Positions 38,278 to 52,118 of a stretch of 64,000 bases of DNA are shown here, one piece after another (positions within the stretch are counted from its first letter, which is position 1; the number at the start of each line of letters is the position of its first letter). A program made the position numbers and the translations under genes. The DNA lies in assembly GCA_965223005.1 (NCBI GenBank), contig CBDCVK010000010.1:160001-224000 (forward strand), in the 5' to 3' direction. The DNA is from Terriglobia bacterium (GTDB lineage Bacteria; Acidobacteriota; Terriglobia; JAJPHL01; JAPKYU01). The notes under the pieces were generated by a model. It made no database searches. It was not told where the DNA came from and was given only the letters and a program-made list of their open reading frames with translations.

Positions 38278-38853
38278 ATGCAGCCCAAGCCGACAGTGAA
38301 TACCGGGTCGCCGGCAGTAAATACCGGGAGGTTGGAAGAGCTGAAGCAGCTAATCCGCGAAGTTCCGGATTGGCCCAAGCCCGGCATCTTGTTCTACGAT
38401 CTCACCACCCTGCTGAAGGACCCAACGGGGCTGCGCCGGGTGCTCGACGCGCTGACGGCGCCCTACCAGGGACAGAAAATTGAACAAGTTCTGGCGGTTG
38501 AGGCGCGGGGCTTTATCTTCGCCGCGGCTGTCGCTGAGCGCCTGGGTGCCGGCTTTGTTCCCGTGCGCAAACCCAAGAAGCTGCCGGCTGCGACCACCAG
38601 CGTCACCTACGAGCTGGAGTATGGAAAAGACACGCTGGAGATCCACAAAGACGCCGTCACCGCCGGCCAGCGCGTGCTGATCGTCGACGACCTTCTGGCC
38701 ACCGGCGGCACGGCTGCAGCCTGCGCGCAACTGGCCCGCTCGCTGGGCGCCGAGATTGTCGGCCTGGCGTTTGTGGTGGAGCTATTTTTCCTGAACGGCC
38801 GCAAGAAACTGGAAGGCTACCCCGTCCTTAGCCTCCTGCAGTACGAATCGTAG
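38278..38853 (+). CDS. apt: Adenine phosphoribosyltransferase
   Basis: [41 protein letters not shown]. Confidence 0.96.
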   Translation: MQPKPTVNTGSPAVNTGRLEELKQLIREVPDWPKPGILFYDLTTLLKDPTGLRRVLDALTAPYQGQKIEQVLAVEARGFIFAAAVAERLGAGFVPVRKPKKLPAATTSVTYELEYGKDTLEIHKDAVTAGQRVLIVDDLLATGGTAAACAQLARSLGAEIVGLAFVVELFFLNGRKKLEGYPVLSLLQYES

Positions 38854-38896
38854 TGTTCCGTGTCCGAGGTTCGTTGAGTAAATCTGGGATATCCGT

Positions 38897-38999
38897 GAAT
38901 CCGCAGATTGCGGAGATTATCGCAGAGGAAAGACACTTCCACCTCATTCTTGATTGATGTTACGGGAGAATCTGCGGCATCTGCGTAATCTGCGGATTC
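38897..38999. repeat. REP-like intergenic palindrome between convergent genes
   Basis: GAATCCGCAGATT...AATCTGCGGATTC with internal ATCTGCG repeats. Confidence 0.7.
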
Positions 39000-39004
39000 T
39001 TCCT

Positions 39005-39949
39005 TTACGGGGTTTCGGCGACCGGGGCTGGGCTGCCGTAGACTTCCGCCAGGATGCGGTCGGCGCCGTCGCGCAGCAGTTGCTGCGCAAGCCGCGCGCC
39101 GAGTTCTTCTGGGTCATTGCTTTCGCCGGCGGCGCGGAACAGGCGGCTACCATCGGGAGAAGCCACTACGCCACGAAGTAGCAGGCGGCCGTCGGGCTGG
39201 AGCCGCGCGAAACCGCCGAAGGGCACCTGGCAGCCGCCGCCCAAGCCGGCCAGCAGGGCGCGTTCGGCTGTCGTTTCCAGCCGAGCGGCGCGGTCGTTGA
39301 GCCGGGCCAGAGCGTCCAAGGTAGCTGCATCGGCGTCGCGCGCTTCGATGCCCAAGGCCCCCTGCCCGATGGCCGGGCACATCACCTCCGGCTCCAGGTA
39401 TTCGGTGATGCGAGCCTCCCAACCAAGACGTCGCAGGCCGGCAGCAGCCAGCACGAGCGCGGCAAACTGGCCTTCCTCCAGCTTGCGCAGCCGCGTATCG
39501 AGATTTCCACGCACGGGCTCGACCTTCAGGTCGGACCTCGAGTGGCGCAACTGCGCCGCGCGGCGCAGGCTGCTGGTGCCCACGCGCGTGCCAGGCGGCA
39601 GCTCGCCCAGGCGCCGCCCGTCGCGCGAAACCAGCACGTCGCGCGGGTCCTCGCGACGGGGAACGGCCGCCAGCCGTAGTCCCGCCGGCAGTTCCGTCGG
39701 TAGGTCTTTCAGACTGTGAACGGCCAGGTCCACCCGGCCGGCCAGTAGCGCTTCTTCGATTTCCTTGGTGAACAGGCCCTTGGTGCCGACCTTGGCCAGC
39801 GGCACGTCGGTTATGCGATCCCCGGTGGTTTTGATGATTTCGATATCGGCCGGGCGGCCGTGGCGCGTCAGTTCATCTCTGACCCACTGTGCCTGCCACA
39901 ACGCAAGGCGGGAGCCGCGGCTGCCGATCACCAGGCGGGGAGGACTCAT
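39005..39949 (-). CDS. hemC: Hydroxymethylbilane synthase
   Basis: GSRGSRLALWQ, KGLFTKEIE, AVHSLKD, GTSSLRR, RGNLDTRL, GGCQVP. Confidence 0.97.
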   Translation of the reverse strand: MSPPRLVIGSRGSRLALWQAQWVRDELTRHGRPADIEIIKTTGDRITDVPLAKVGTKGLFTKEIEEALLAGRVDLAVHSLKDLPTELPAGLRLAAVPRREDPRDVLVSRDGRRLGELPPGTRVGTSSLRRAAQLRHSRSDLKVEPVRGNLDTRLRKLEEGQFAALVLAAAGLRRLGWEARITEYLEPEVMCPAIGQGALGIEARDADAATLDALARLNDRAARLETTAERALLAGLGGGCQVPFGGFARLQPDGRLLLRGVVASPDGSRLFRAAGESNDPEELGARLAQQLLRDGADRILAEVYGSPAPVAETP

Positions 39950-41208
39950 TTCAGGTTGAAGACTTTTCGCACGATGTCCACGATCCGGAGACTATCGGGT
40001 TGCTGGGCCGCCGATTTCAACTGGGTCATTGGCTCGTGCAGGATCTTGTTGATGATGCCGCGGGTCAGCGCATCCAACGCCTGCTCCTGCTCTGGCGACA
40101 GCGGCCCCAGCTTGCCTTGTAACCGTTCCACCTCCCCGCGCCGGATTTCTTCCAGACGCGCCTGCAAGGAAACGATGGTGGGCACGACCTCCAGGGACTT
40201 GACGTGGGCCAGGAAGCGGTCTACCTCGTGCTCAATCAGTTCCTCGCCGCGATCGGCTTCGCGCTGGCGCCCCCGCCGGTTGGATTCGACCACCTGTTCC
40301 AGGTCATCAATGTCGTAGAGGAAGATGTTGTCAATCTTGTTCAGTTCCGGATCAATATCGCGTGGCACTGCGATGTCGATGAAGAACATCGGCCGGTTCC
40401 TGCGCTTGGCCATCAGACGCGGGCCGTCGCTCTTCCCCAAAATGAAATGCGGCGCCGCAGTGGAACTGATCACGATATCGGCCTGGGACATCGTCTCGAA
40501 CAGCTCTTCGAAGGGCACGGCCCGGCCCCCCAGCAGCGCTGCCAGTTCGACTGTCCGGTCGAAACTGCGGTTGGTGAGGAACAAGGTGGCAGCTCCGCTG
40601 CTCATCAGGTGCCGGGCGGCCAGTTCCGACATCTCGCCAGCGCCAATCACCAGCACGGTCTTGGCTTCCAGCGACCCGAAGATCTTGCGGGCCAGCTCCA
40701 CGGCTGCATAGCTGATCGAGACGGCAGACTGCCCGATCCCGGTCTCGTGGCGAATCTTCTTAGCCACGTTTAAGGCGCGGCTCATCACTTCTTCCAGCAG
40801 GCCGGAGGCCGTACCGGCTGCGTGTGCCGCCGCATAGGCGCTCTTAACCTGACCCAGAATCTGTGGCTCACCGACCACCATCGAGTCCAGGCTGGCGGTA
40901 ACGCGGAACAGGTGGCGGATCGCCTCCCGCTCGCGGTAGTGGTAGAGATAGGGGTGGATGCTGGCGAAGGGCAGACCGTGGTAGTCGGCCAGGAAACAGT
41001 GCAGCGAGTGCTCCAGTTCGGAGGGGGGAGCCCCACGGGCAAACACCTCCACACGGTTGCAGGTGGAAAGGATCAGGCCCTCGCGCACGCTGTCGTAATG
41101 CCGCAGAGCCTCCAACGCCCGGGGCAGTGCTGACTCAGGGATGGCCAGCCGTTCCCGAATCTCCACCGGCGCCGTCTTGTGGCTGAGCCCGACCAGGGTA
41201 AAGTTCAT
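39946..41208 (-). CDS. hemA: Glutamyl-tRNA reductase
   Basis: HKTAPVEIRE, LSTCNRVE, SMVVGEPQILGQVK, GAGEM, DIAVPRD. Confidence 0.97.
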   Translation of the reverse strand: MNFTLVGLSHKTAPVEIRERLAIPESALPRALEALRHYDSVREGLILSTCNRVEVFARGAPPSELEHSLHCFLADYHGLPFASIHPYLYHYREREAIRHLFRVTASLDSMVVGEPQILGQVKSAYAAAHAAGTASGLLEEVMSRALNVAKKIRHETGIGQSAVSISYAAVELARKIFGSLEAKTVLVIGAGEMSELAARHLMSSGAATLFLTNRSFDRTVELAALLGGRAVPFEELFETMSQADIVISSTAAPHFILGKSDGPRLMAKRRNRPMFFIDIAVPRDIDPELNKIDNIFLYDIDDLEQVVESNRRGRQREADRGEELIEHEVDRFLAHVKSLEVVPTIVSLQARLEEIRRGEVERLQGKLGPLSPEQEQALDALTRGIINKILHEPMTQLKSAAQQPDSLRIVDIVRKVFNLK

Positions 41209-41212
41209 GGTA

Positions 41213-42013
41213 TTAGCGGAATGAATGCAGTCCGCTCTCGGCGCTCCAGGTCACCACGGTGGCCAGAAAGCCGACGATGGCGAAGTAGGCGGCCTTGCGT
41301 CCCCGCCAGCCGGCCGTCCAGCGCGTGAAAATCAGGGCCAGGTAGATCAACCAAGTGACAAAGGACAGCGTCACCTTGGGGTCTAGCTGCCAGCCGCTAC
41401 CCCATTCGGCGGCGGCCCAGAGCGCCCCGCTAACGATCCCCAGCGTCATGAAGGGGAAGCCCAGCGCCAGGGTCTTGTGGCCCAAGTCGTCCAGTTGCTC
41501 CAGCGGTGGCAGGCGCTGGGACAGGGCCCGCGGCTTCTTGGATTTCAGTTCGCGCTCCTGGAGCAAGTACATCAGCCCGGCCACAAAGGTCACGAACAGA
41601 AGGGCAGAGCCGGCAAACAGCAACAGGACATGCACATACAGCCAGCCGCTGCGCAACACCGGGTTCTCCAGCCTCGGCGAGCTGACTAGCGTAGCTGAAA
41701 GCGTCAGCATGAACACAAGCGGGAACGTGAATACACTTAAGGCCTCGAATCGGTAGCGCCAGTACGCCAGAAGGAACGCGCAGGTGATGGAGAAGGCCAG
41801 CAAGGAGACCGACTGGTGAAAGTTGGTCGCTGGGAAATGCCCGATCGCCGCGGCCTCTTCCACCAGGGAAACCAGGTGGAAGACGGCGCCAAGCAAGATG
41901 GCGCCCAGCGCAAAGCGGAACAGCTTGGCCCGGCGAGTCAAGACAGTCAGCAGCGCATGCGCCAGACCCAGCGAGTACAGCACCAGAGATACACGCAGCC
42001 AGAACAAGCTCAT
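41213..42013 (-). CDS. Cytochrome c assembly (CcsA/HemX-like) membrane protein
   Basis: Multi-TM; GALWA..WG..W.LDPK, GWRGRK; upstream of hemA. Confidence 0.85.
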   Translation of the reverse strand: MSLFWLRVSLVLYSLGLAHALLTVLTRRAKLFRFALGAILLGAVFHLVSLVEEAAAIGHFPATNFHQSVSLLAFSITCAFLLAYWRYRFEALSVFTFPLVFMLTLSATLVSSPRLENPVLRSGWLYVHVLLLFAGSALLFVTFVAGLMYLLQERELKSKKPRALSQRLPPLEQLDDLGHKTLALGFPFMTLGIVSGALWAAAEWGSGWQLDPKVTLSFVTWLIYLALIFTRWTAGWRGRKAAYFAIVGFLATVVTWSAESGLHSFR

Positions 42014-42116
42014 CGGTAAGGCTCCCTGCGACCTCAATTATAGTCCAGGGCGCTCGGGTCCAGTTCAACCCCTACTCATAGGGATGCTGATAGAGGGATG
42101 CTGAAAGCGTGGCTCT

Positions 42117-42220
42117 TGTCATTCCGAGCAGAGCAAGGGATCTGCTTTTTCAGCCGCAATTGCTTGCCAAACGCGCAGATTTCGCGGGCCAACGCAGGGC
42201 GTCGACCGGCGGAAATGACA
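42117..42220. repeat. Degenerate REP/MITE-like palindrome
   Basis: TGTCATTCCG...CGGAAATGACA ends with inner GATCTGC/GCAGATT; a related half copy lies near 53800-53822. Confidence 0.5.
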
Positions 42221-42333
42221 TGCTGTCAGGTTCTTGGCGACCTGCTAATGTGGCCGGTTGGAAGCCCTGGGGAACCACTGTGAGCCAAGCAGTTCGTGAA
42301 CCTAGGGGATTGGCCCGGAGAGCCCGGACCCGG

Positions 42334-43143
42334 CTACAGCTTCAGCAGTTCTCGCAGGCGTTTGGTTTGGGCCCGGCTGACCGGAATCTCAGTCTGCTTG
42401 CGGTCGTCCATCCGCAGCATGTAACTGCTCTTGAACCAGGGCACGACCTCTTTGATCTTGTTGATGTTGAGCAGGTAGGAGCGGTGCACCCGCCAGAAGA
42501 TGTTGGGATCCAGCGCCTCCTGCAAGTCTTCGATCGTGCGGTAGTTGGAGATGCCTTCCAGGTTTTGAGTTACCACCGTGATCAGGCCATCCTCAATGGT
42601 GGTGTAAATGACCGCGCTGGAGTCGACCAGAAATAGCCGATTTTGCGCCTTCACCAGCAACTTGGTCGGCTGGGAAGCTTGAGCGTGCACGCTTTGCAGC
42701 AAGGCCTGGAGCCGTTCGGATGGGGTCGCCTGGGTTTCCAGGCGCGCCCAGGCGCGTTCGACCGCGCGGGCTAGGCGCGCTTTGTCGAAAGGCTTCAGCA
42801 GATAGTCCACCGCGTTGACTTCAAACGCCTGCACGGCGTACTGGTCGTAGGCGGTCGCAAAGATAATATGCGGGAGTTTCGCTTTCTTGGCGATCAGCTC
42901 CTTAATGACGCCGAAGCCGTCCAGACCGGGCATTTGCACGTCGAGAAACAGCAAGTCCGGCTCGTATTCCCGAATCAGCTTGACGGCCTCCAGCCCGTTC
43001 TGCCCCTGGGCCACCACCTCAATTTCCGGGTGCGCTTTGAGCAGGTAAGCTAGTTCTTCGCGTGCCAGTTGCTCGTCGTCGACGACCACGGTGGGGATGG
43101 TCGAAGGGGGTGCGCTCTTTTCTGTGTGCACGGGATTTTTCAT
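42334..43143 (-). CDS. LytR/AlgR-family response regulator
   Basis: VVDDEQLAR, FLDVQMPGLDG, ATAYDQYA, DYLLKP, FWRVHRSY, IPVSR. Confidence 0.94.
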   Translation of the reverse strand: MKNPVHTEKSAPPSTIPTVVVDDEQLAREELAYLLKAHPEIEVVAQGQNGLEAVKLIREYEPDLLFLDVQMPGLDGFGVIKELIAKKAKLPHIIFATAYDQYAVQAFEVNAVDYLLKPFDKARLARAVERAWARLETQATPSERLQALLQSVHAQASQPTKLLVKAQNRLFLVDSSAVIYTTIEDGLITVVTQNLEGISNYRTIEDLQEALDPNIFWRVHRSYLLNINKIKEVVPWFKSSYMLRMDDRKQTEIPVSRAQTKRLRELLKL

Positions 43144-43474
43144 GTGCAGGCCCTCCCGGAGCCGCCAAAGCGGGTGATGGAAGCTAAAAGTATACTGGCA
43201 AAGGGAAAACCCGCACAAGGCAGAAAGCGGCAGCCGACCGGAAGCGGGCCCGGCAGAGGCCCCAGTCCCACCCAAAGTCGCGCCGGTTGCCTCTGGAAAC
43301 GGGGTAGAATCCGCCCGTATCAAGAATGAAACTTCGGAAGCTGAATCTTGTTTACCAACAGCGAGAAAGGACCTATTCTGTTTCGAGCCTAGGGGCGGAG
43401 TATGTCCGTGGTTGGGAGGCATAGTGCCGCTTTTGCCACATGGCTAGCAGGCACTCGTGAGGAGGTTCCGAAAA

Positions 43475-44456
43475 ATGGCACCAGCAGGTTTCCGGCTTCT
43501 GTGCCTGTGTCTCGTTATCTTGCTGAGTTCGCCGATGGTTCTGGCGCAGGTCGCGCCTACCTTGAGCTGCAGAGCCGAGCCGACCAAGGTGTATATCGGC
43601 GGGCCTATCACGCTGAGCTCCAGCAGCAGCGGCACGCTGACCTCCGTCTGGGGTACCACCGCCGGGCGCATCCAGGGCAGCGGGCCCACGGTGAAGCTCG
43701 ATACCACGGGCGTGGCGCCGGGGACCTACACGGCTACAGTGCGCGCCGACGATGGGCGGGGCGGCTTCGCCGACTGCACGGTTCACATCACGGTGGAGGC
43801 GCCTCCTCCTCCTAAGCCGCCTATCGTCACCTGCTCGGGCGACAAGACCTCGGTCAACACAGGGGAAGTGGTGAACCTGCAGGCCACCGCCTCCAGCCCC
43901 GACAACCGTCCGCTGAGCTACGACTGGACAGCGTTGGACGGGCAGATCGCAGGTAGCGGTGCTGCGGTCCGCTGGGACACCAGTGGTTTGCAGACTGGGA
44001 CTTACACCGCGACGACGCGGAGTGAGCGACGACCGCGGGCTGAGCGCCGACTGTACGGTTACCGTCGATGTGCAAGAGCCGCCTCCTCCGCCCGAGCCCG
44101 CCATGGTGAACGAGTGCGCCTTCCGGCGGAATTCGCCGCGTGTGGACAACGTTTGCAAAGCCATCCTGGACGACGCAGCCCTGCGCCTGCAAAGCGAGCT
44201 AGGGAGTCAGGCGGTGCTGGTCGGCGATCAGACTTCTCAGGAGAAGCGGCGGAATTTGGCCGCACAGCGGGCCAGCAACGTCAAGGCCTACATGGTGACC
44301 GAGAAGGGCATTGCCGCTGCCCGGATCCAGGTGCGCGTCAGTACCGAAGACGCCGGCAAGGTGCAAATCTGGCTGGTGCCACAGGGCGCCAGCTTAGCCG
44401 ATGTGCCCGGGAAGGCGGCGCCGGAGCAACCTGCGAAGAAGCGCCGGCGCAGGTAG
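43475..44456 (+). pseudogene. Secreted Ig/PKD-repeat + OmpA-like protein with one frameshift near 44020
   Basis: Two Ig-like repeats (DTTG..PGTYTAT..DDGRG..ADCTV); the second continues in another frame as VSDDRGLSADCTV then RVDNVCKAILDD..LAAQRASNVKAY. Confidence 0.75.
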
Positions 44457-44527
44457 GGCCCACCCGCCAGTCCCACGACGAATGCTGATCACACCGCCGC
44501 GGTGGGGGTGGCCCTGCACCCTGGCGG

Positions 44528-46588
44528 GTGCCGCTCCCCGGGTTCTGTTATATTTACTCGTTCCAGAGGTCCGTGTTGCGCTCCCTCCCTGCCTGTTTGG
44601 TGTTGCTAGTGCTACTGTTGCCGGCCTCCGGGACGGCCCAGTGGAAACATATTGGCCCTTACGGTGGCGACGTGCGCACGCTGGCCGCCGACCCAGCCGA
44701 TTTCTCGCGGCTCTTCCTGGGAACCAGCAATGGACAAATCTACGCGTCCACCAACGCCGGGCGCTCCTGGGTCTGGTGGTCCCAGGTCGCACCCCGTGCG
44801 GGCTACGTGGTGGACGACATCCTGGTGGATGCCGCCGACCCGAAGGTGATGTACGTGGGCGCGTGGCGGGCTAGGGTCAACGGCGGTGGGGGCGTGTTCA
44901 AAAGTAGCGACAGGGGCCGCTCCTGGCGCGCGCTGCACGACATGGCTGGCCAAGCTGTGCGCGCTGTAGCCCAGGCCCGCCATCAGCCACGACTGCTGGT
45001 GGCCGGAACCTTGGACGGCGTCTTTCGCAGCGAGAACGCCGGCCGGTCCTGGGAGCGCATTTCACCTCCCTATCATCGGGATATCCGCAACATTGAGTCG
45101 CTGGCGCTGGATCCGAATGACCCACAGGTGATCTACGCCGGCACCTGGCACCTGCCCTGGAAAACTAACGACGGCGGCCGGATCTGGCGCTCGATCAAAA
45201 CCGGCATCATTGACGATTCGGATATCTTCAGCATCATGGTCGACTGGAGTAATCACCGCAGGGTGTTTGCTTCAGCCTGTTCGGGCATCTACCGGACGGA
45301 TTCGGCCGGCGCGGCGTGGCGGAAGATCCGGGGCATTCCCTATTCAGCGCGCCGGACCCGCGTGCTGCGTCAGGATCCGAGAAACCCGGTGGTGCTCTAC
45401 GCCGGCACCACCGAAGGCTTGTGGAAGACCGAGTCGGGAGGGCGCGGCTGGCAGCGTATGACTTCCTCCCGCTTGGCGATCAACGACATCCTGGTCGACC
45501 CGCGGGACCCTGCTCACCTGTTGCTGGGCACCGAGCGCGCCGGAGTGTTGGAATCCTTCGATAGCGGGAAGACCTTTCGCGCTTCCAACCAGGGGTTCTC
45601 CCACAGACGCGTCTCGGCGGCCGCCTTCGATCCGGCCAGTGGGCGGCTGTACGCGGCCGTGGTCCACGACCGGCAATATGGCGGTGTCTTCTTTAGCGAG
45701 GCCGGAGGTCTCTGGCGGCAACTTCAGGCCGGGCTGGAAGAGCGGGACGTCTCGGCGCTGGTGTACGCCCGCACAGCGGAAGGCGGGCGGCTGCTGGCCG
45801 GGCTGCCAAACGGCGTTGCGGTGCTCGACCTGGCGGCCAACCTGTGGTTACCCGTAGGGCGTGTGGTGGCGGGTTGGCAGCCACCTCTCACCCGCCGCGA
45901 CCGACAGGCCCGTCGGCCGCGCGTGAACTTGCCGCTGAAGACTGCCGTCCATGATTTCTTCCAGGGCGCCCCCGGCCAGCCGCTCTACGCGGCGACCAGT
46001 GCCGGCGTGTTTAAATCCGCCGATGCGGGAAGCACCTGGGAGGCTGTCTCCCCCAAGTTCAGCGCCACCGCCATCGCCGCCGAAGGCGACTTCCTCGTGG
46101 CCGGCACACAAACCGGACTGGACGTGTCGTTCACCGGCGGCCGCCACTGGTTTCACATCTACCTGCCCGTGGGAATTGATCTCGTGCATGTGAATGCCTT
46201 GGCACTCCACGGCAAACGCATCCTGGCGGCCCCCGGCTTTGGTCTGTTTCTCTCGGGAGACTCCGGTGCCAACTGGCAGAAGAAAGGTCAGGGGTTGCCC
46301 TATGGCGCCGTCTCCTCCGTGCGCCTGCACCCCGCTAACCCACACGAGGTGTATGCCACCTCACGCGTTACGGGCCGGGTCTACATTTCCCGCGACGGAG
46401 GCGACAGTTTTCACCCTTTGGGGCGGACCGGGTTAATGGGGAAGCATCTGGGGAGCCTGGAAATTCTGCCACGCAACAGCTCGCCGGATCACTTGCAACT
46501 GCTGCTGGCCTCCGAATCCCATGGCTTGTTTGTCCGCCCGTTGGCGCCCGTCGTCCCGGTCGCCGGGCCCGTGACTGCCGGTCAATAA
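44528..46588 (+). CDS. Secreted BNR/Asp-box beta-propeller protein
   Basis: Signal peptide, WKHIGPYGG, repeated SxDxGxxW boxes; start uncertain. Confidence 0.82.
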   Translation: MPLPGFCYIYSFQRSVLRSLPACLVLLVLLLPASGTAQWKHIGPYGGDVRTLAADPADFSRLFLGTSNGQIYASTNAGRSWVWWSQVAPRAGYVVDDILVDAADPKVMYVGAWRARVNGGGGVFKSSDRGRSWRALHDMAGQAVRAVAQARHQPRLLVAGTLDGVFRSENAGRSWERISPPYHRDIRNIESLALDPNDPQVIYAGTWHLPWKTNDGGRIWRSIKTGIIDDSDIFSIMVDWSNHRRVFASACSGIYRTDSAGAAWRKIRGIPYSARRTRVLRQDPRNPVVLYAGTTEGLWKTESGGRGWQRMTSSRLAINDILVDPRDPAHLLLGTERAGVLESFDSGKTFRASNQGFSHRRVSAAAFDPASGRLYAAVVHDRQYGGVFFSEAGGLWRQLQAGLEERDVSALVYARTAEGGRLLAGLPNGVAVLDLAANLWLPVGRVVAGWQPPLTRRDRQARRPRVNLPLKTAVHDFFQGAPGQPLYAATSAGVFKSADAGSTWEAVSPKFSATAIAAEGDFLVAGTQTGLDVSFTGGRHWFHIYLPVGIDLVHVNALALHGKRILAAPGFGLFLSGDSGANWQKKGQGLPYGAVSSVRLHPANPHEVYATSRVTGRVYISRDGGDSFHPLGRTGLMGKHLGSLEILPRNSSPDHLQLLLASESHGLFVRPLAPVVPVAGPVTAGQ

Positions 46589-46705
46589 CCCTGGCCTCTA
46601 CCTGTCTTCTCGCCCACTCATTGAATTCAGCCTCGCGACAAGGAGGCGCTGCCAACAACTTTCCCTTACTCTGGCCTTTGGTCTGGGGAACCGAACGGGT
46701 GAGTA

Positions 46706-49252
46706 CTATTGTACGAGCGTCTTCGGGGGCTCGCTGCCGTTGCTGTTCTCTTCTTCTTCCGGAATCAGCGAGGCGGCAGCGATGCGGTCGCCTTCCTCCA
46801 TCCGCAGCAGACGAACGCCCTGGGTGGAACGCCCCGCCTGACGGATGTCGGCGGCTTCCAGGCGGATGATTTTGCCCTGCTGGGCGATGATCATCACCTC
46901 GGAGTCTTCTTGCACATTCAGGATGCTGACCACCTTGCCGTTGCGCTGAGTGGCTTTGACGTTGATGACACCCTTGCCGGCGCGCGACTGTAGCCGGTAT
47001 TCGCCTACCGGAGTGCGCTTGCCGAATCCGTTTTCGGTAACGGTCAAGATCAGGCAGGCCTCACGCTTCTGTCCCTCCTCTAAGCGGACGGCTTCCATGC
47101 CAATGAGGTAGTCGCGCGCGCGAAGGTTCATGGCGGTGACGCCCCGCGCCTGCCGCCCCATGTGCCGCACTTCCCCCTCCGGGAAGAGTATGGAGTAGCC
47201 TTCGCGAGAGGCCAGGAAAATGTGCTCACTGCCCGAGGTGATCTTGGCGCTGATCAACTCGTCCCCCTCATCCAGGGACATGGCAATGATGCCGCGCGCC
47301 ATCGGGTTGTCAAACTCGGTCAGGGCCGATTTCTTGATAACGCCTTCGCGAGACACCATCACCACGTACTTGTCGGGCTGGAATTCCTTGCCCACGTTGA
47401 GCAGCGCCGCCACCTTTTCCCCAGGCTGCATGTTCACCAGATTCGTGACGTGTTTGCCTTTGCCGGCCGTCCCCACGTCCGGGATCTCGTAAGGCTTGAG
47501 CCAGTACACTCTCCCCCCGGTTGTGAAGACCAGGATATAACTATGGGTGGAGGCAATGAAGAGGTGCTCGACAAAATCCTCCTCGCGGGTGCGCATGCCG
47601 ATTCGGCCCTTGCCGCCGCGAGTCTGGTACCGGTAAGTGGCAGTGGGAGTGCGCTTCAAGTAGCCGTTGTGAGTGACGGTGATGGCCACGTCTTCTTGGG
47701 CGACTAGGTCTTCCAGGGTGATTTCGGCCTGCTCATCCACGATCTGGGTCCGACGCGCGTCCCCAAACTGCTTCTGCACCTCGCGCAGTTCCTGCACGAT
47801 GACTCGCCGCACTACCTTCTCGCTGGCCAGGATTTCCAGGTAGGACTGGATGCGCTTTTGAATTTCGGCCAGTTCCGCCCGTATCTTTTCGCGCTCCATG
47901 GCGGTCAGCCGCTGCAGTTGCAGTTCCAGGATGGCGGTCGCCTGCCGTTCGGTGAACTGGAAGCGAGCCATGAGCTGCGCGCGCGCTTCCCGGGGCGCCT
48001 GGGCCGCCCGGATCAGCTTGATGATCGCGTCCAGGTGCTCCAGGGCCTTCTGGAAGCCCAGCAGAACGTGCTCGCGCTCGCGAGCTTTGCGCAGGTCGTG
48101 CTCGGTGCGTCGGCGCACTACCTCTACCCGGTGGTCAATGAACAGCTTCAGGGCCTCGATCAGGCCCAGTTCCTTGGGCTGCCCGTTCACTACCGCCAGC
48201 AGAATCATGTCGAAGCTGGTTTGCAGGTCGGTGTGCTTGTAGAGCTGGTTGAGAATGACCTCCGGCTGCTCGCCCCGCTTCAGTTCAAAGACGATGCGGA
48301 TTCCATCACGGTCGCTCTCATCACGGATATCGGAGATGCCCTCGATCCTCTTGTCCTGCACCAGTTGAGCCGCCTGCTTGATCAGCCGGGCCTTGTTCAC
48401 TTGATAGGGAATCTCGGTGGCGACGATCAGCTCCCGGTCCTTGCCGACACGCTCAATGGCGGCCTTGGCACGCATGACGTATTTGCCGCGTCCCCGCCGG
48501 TAACTTTCCAGGATCCCCGAGCGGCCATAGATGTAGGCGCCAGTGGGGAAGTCGGGCCCCGGCACAAGCTCGATGATTTTCTCCAAAGATGTGCCCGGTT
48601 TCTCCACCAGAGTCACCGTGGCCTCAATGATCTCCGACAGGTTGTGCGGGGGAATGTTGGTGGCCATGCCCACTGCGATGCCGGAAGCTCCGTTCACCAG
48701 CAGGTTGGGGAAGCGAGCGGGCAGGTATTGTGGCTCCAGGTGGGTTTCGTCGTAGGTGGGCCGGAAATCGACCGTTTCCTTATCAATGTCTTCCAACAGC
48801 AGTTCGCTCAGCCGAGCGAGGCGCGCCTCGGTATAACGGTCGGCAGCGGCCGGATCGCCATCAATCGAGCCGAAGTTGCCTTGGCCGTCCACCAGCGGGT
48901 AGCGCATGTTGAACCCCTGGGCCATGCGCACCAGGGCCTCGTAGATGGGTGAGTTGCCATGCGGATGGAAGTTGCCCATGGTCTCGCCGATGATCTTGGC
49001 GCACTTGCGGTAAGGCCGGTTGTGGTGCAGTCCCATCTCCAGCATGGCGTAGAGAATGCGCCGCTGCACCGGCTTCATGCCGTCGCGCACCTCCGGCAGC
49101 GCCCGGCCGATGATCACGCTCATGGCGTAATCCAGGTAGGAGCGCCGCATCTCCTCTTCGATGTTGATCGGCAGCAAGTTTTTGGGCGGCTGCCCCTGCC
49201 CGTCGCCGCCCAGGTTCGGAAGCTGCGGTTGCTGCGGGTCGTTGTCAGCCAT
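46706..49252 (-). CDS. gyrA: DNA gyrase subunit A
   Basis: [18 protein letters not shown] catalytic Tyr, GyrA-box QTRGGKG. Confidence 0.98.
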   Translation of the reverse strand: MADNDPQQPQLPNLGGDGQGQPPKNLLPINIEEEMRRSYLDYAMSVIIGRALPEVRDGMKPVQRRILYAMLEMGLHHNRPYRKCAKIIGETMGNFHPHGNSPIYEALVRMAQGFNMRYPLVDGQGNFGSIDGDPAAADRYTEARLARLSELLLEDIDKETVDFRPTYDETHLEPQYLPARFPNLLVNGASGIAVGMATNIPPHNLSEIIEATVTLVEKPGTSLEKIIELVPGPDFPTGAYIYGRSGILESYRRGRGKYVMRAKAAIERVGKDRELIVATEIPYQVNKARLIKQAAQLVQDKRIEGISDIRDESDRDGIRIVFELKRGEQPEVILNQLYKHTDLQTSFDMILLAVVNGQPKELGLIEALKLFIDHRVEVVRRRTEHDLRKAREREHVLLGFQKALEHLDAIIKLIRAAQAPREARAQLMARFQFTERQATAILELQLQRLTAMEREKIRAELAEIQKRIQSYLEILASEKVVRRVIVQELREVQKQFGDARRTQIVDEQAEITLEDLVAQEDVAITVTHNGYLKRTPTATYRYQTRGGKGRIGMRTREEDFVEHLFIASTHSYILVFTTGGRVYWLKPYEIPDVGTAGKGKHVTNLVNMQPGEKVAALLNVGKEFQPDKYVVMVSREGVIKKSALTEFDNPMARGIIAMSLDEGDELISAKITSGSEHIFLASREGYSILFPEGEVRHMGRQARGVTAMNLRARDYLIGMEAVRLEEGQKREACLILTVTENGFGKRTPVGEYRLQSRAGKGVINVKATQRNGKVVSILNVQEDSEVMIIAQQGKIIRLEAADIRQAGRSTQGVRLLRMEEGDRIAAASLIPEEEENSNGSEPPKTLVQ

Positions 49253-49282
49253 GGAAAAGTCTCTTCACTTCGGTTTCGCGCC

Positions 49283-51814
<2,532 letters not shown>

Positions 51815-52118
51815 TCACAGGGATAGTTGTTGCGGGAACCAGGGGAGGCAAGCCGCAAGACCCTGTTCGCATACCAAATTAGGGTATCAGAACTAGTGCC
51901 GTTTTGCAAGCGTAACTATTTTAAGAATCAGTCAGTTAGTTGTCTTCCGGGAGGCCTGGAAGTTGCTTGTTTTCAACGCTTCCACGCCTCTGCGTTTTCG
52001 ACACTCATCGGGTGCCAGAAAATAAACATTTTCTAAGCAGAATGTTTGGCCGGACCGGTCCCGACGACAGCAAGCCCACAACGGCGCGAGCAAATGCGAT
52101 ATGCTCTTGCCGCTGCCG

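Noticed and set aside
43144-43474. LytTR direct-repeat operator in the divergent intergenic region
   Set aside because: No convincing pair of repeats at the expected spacing.
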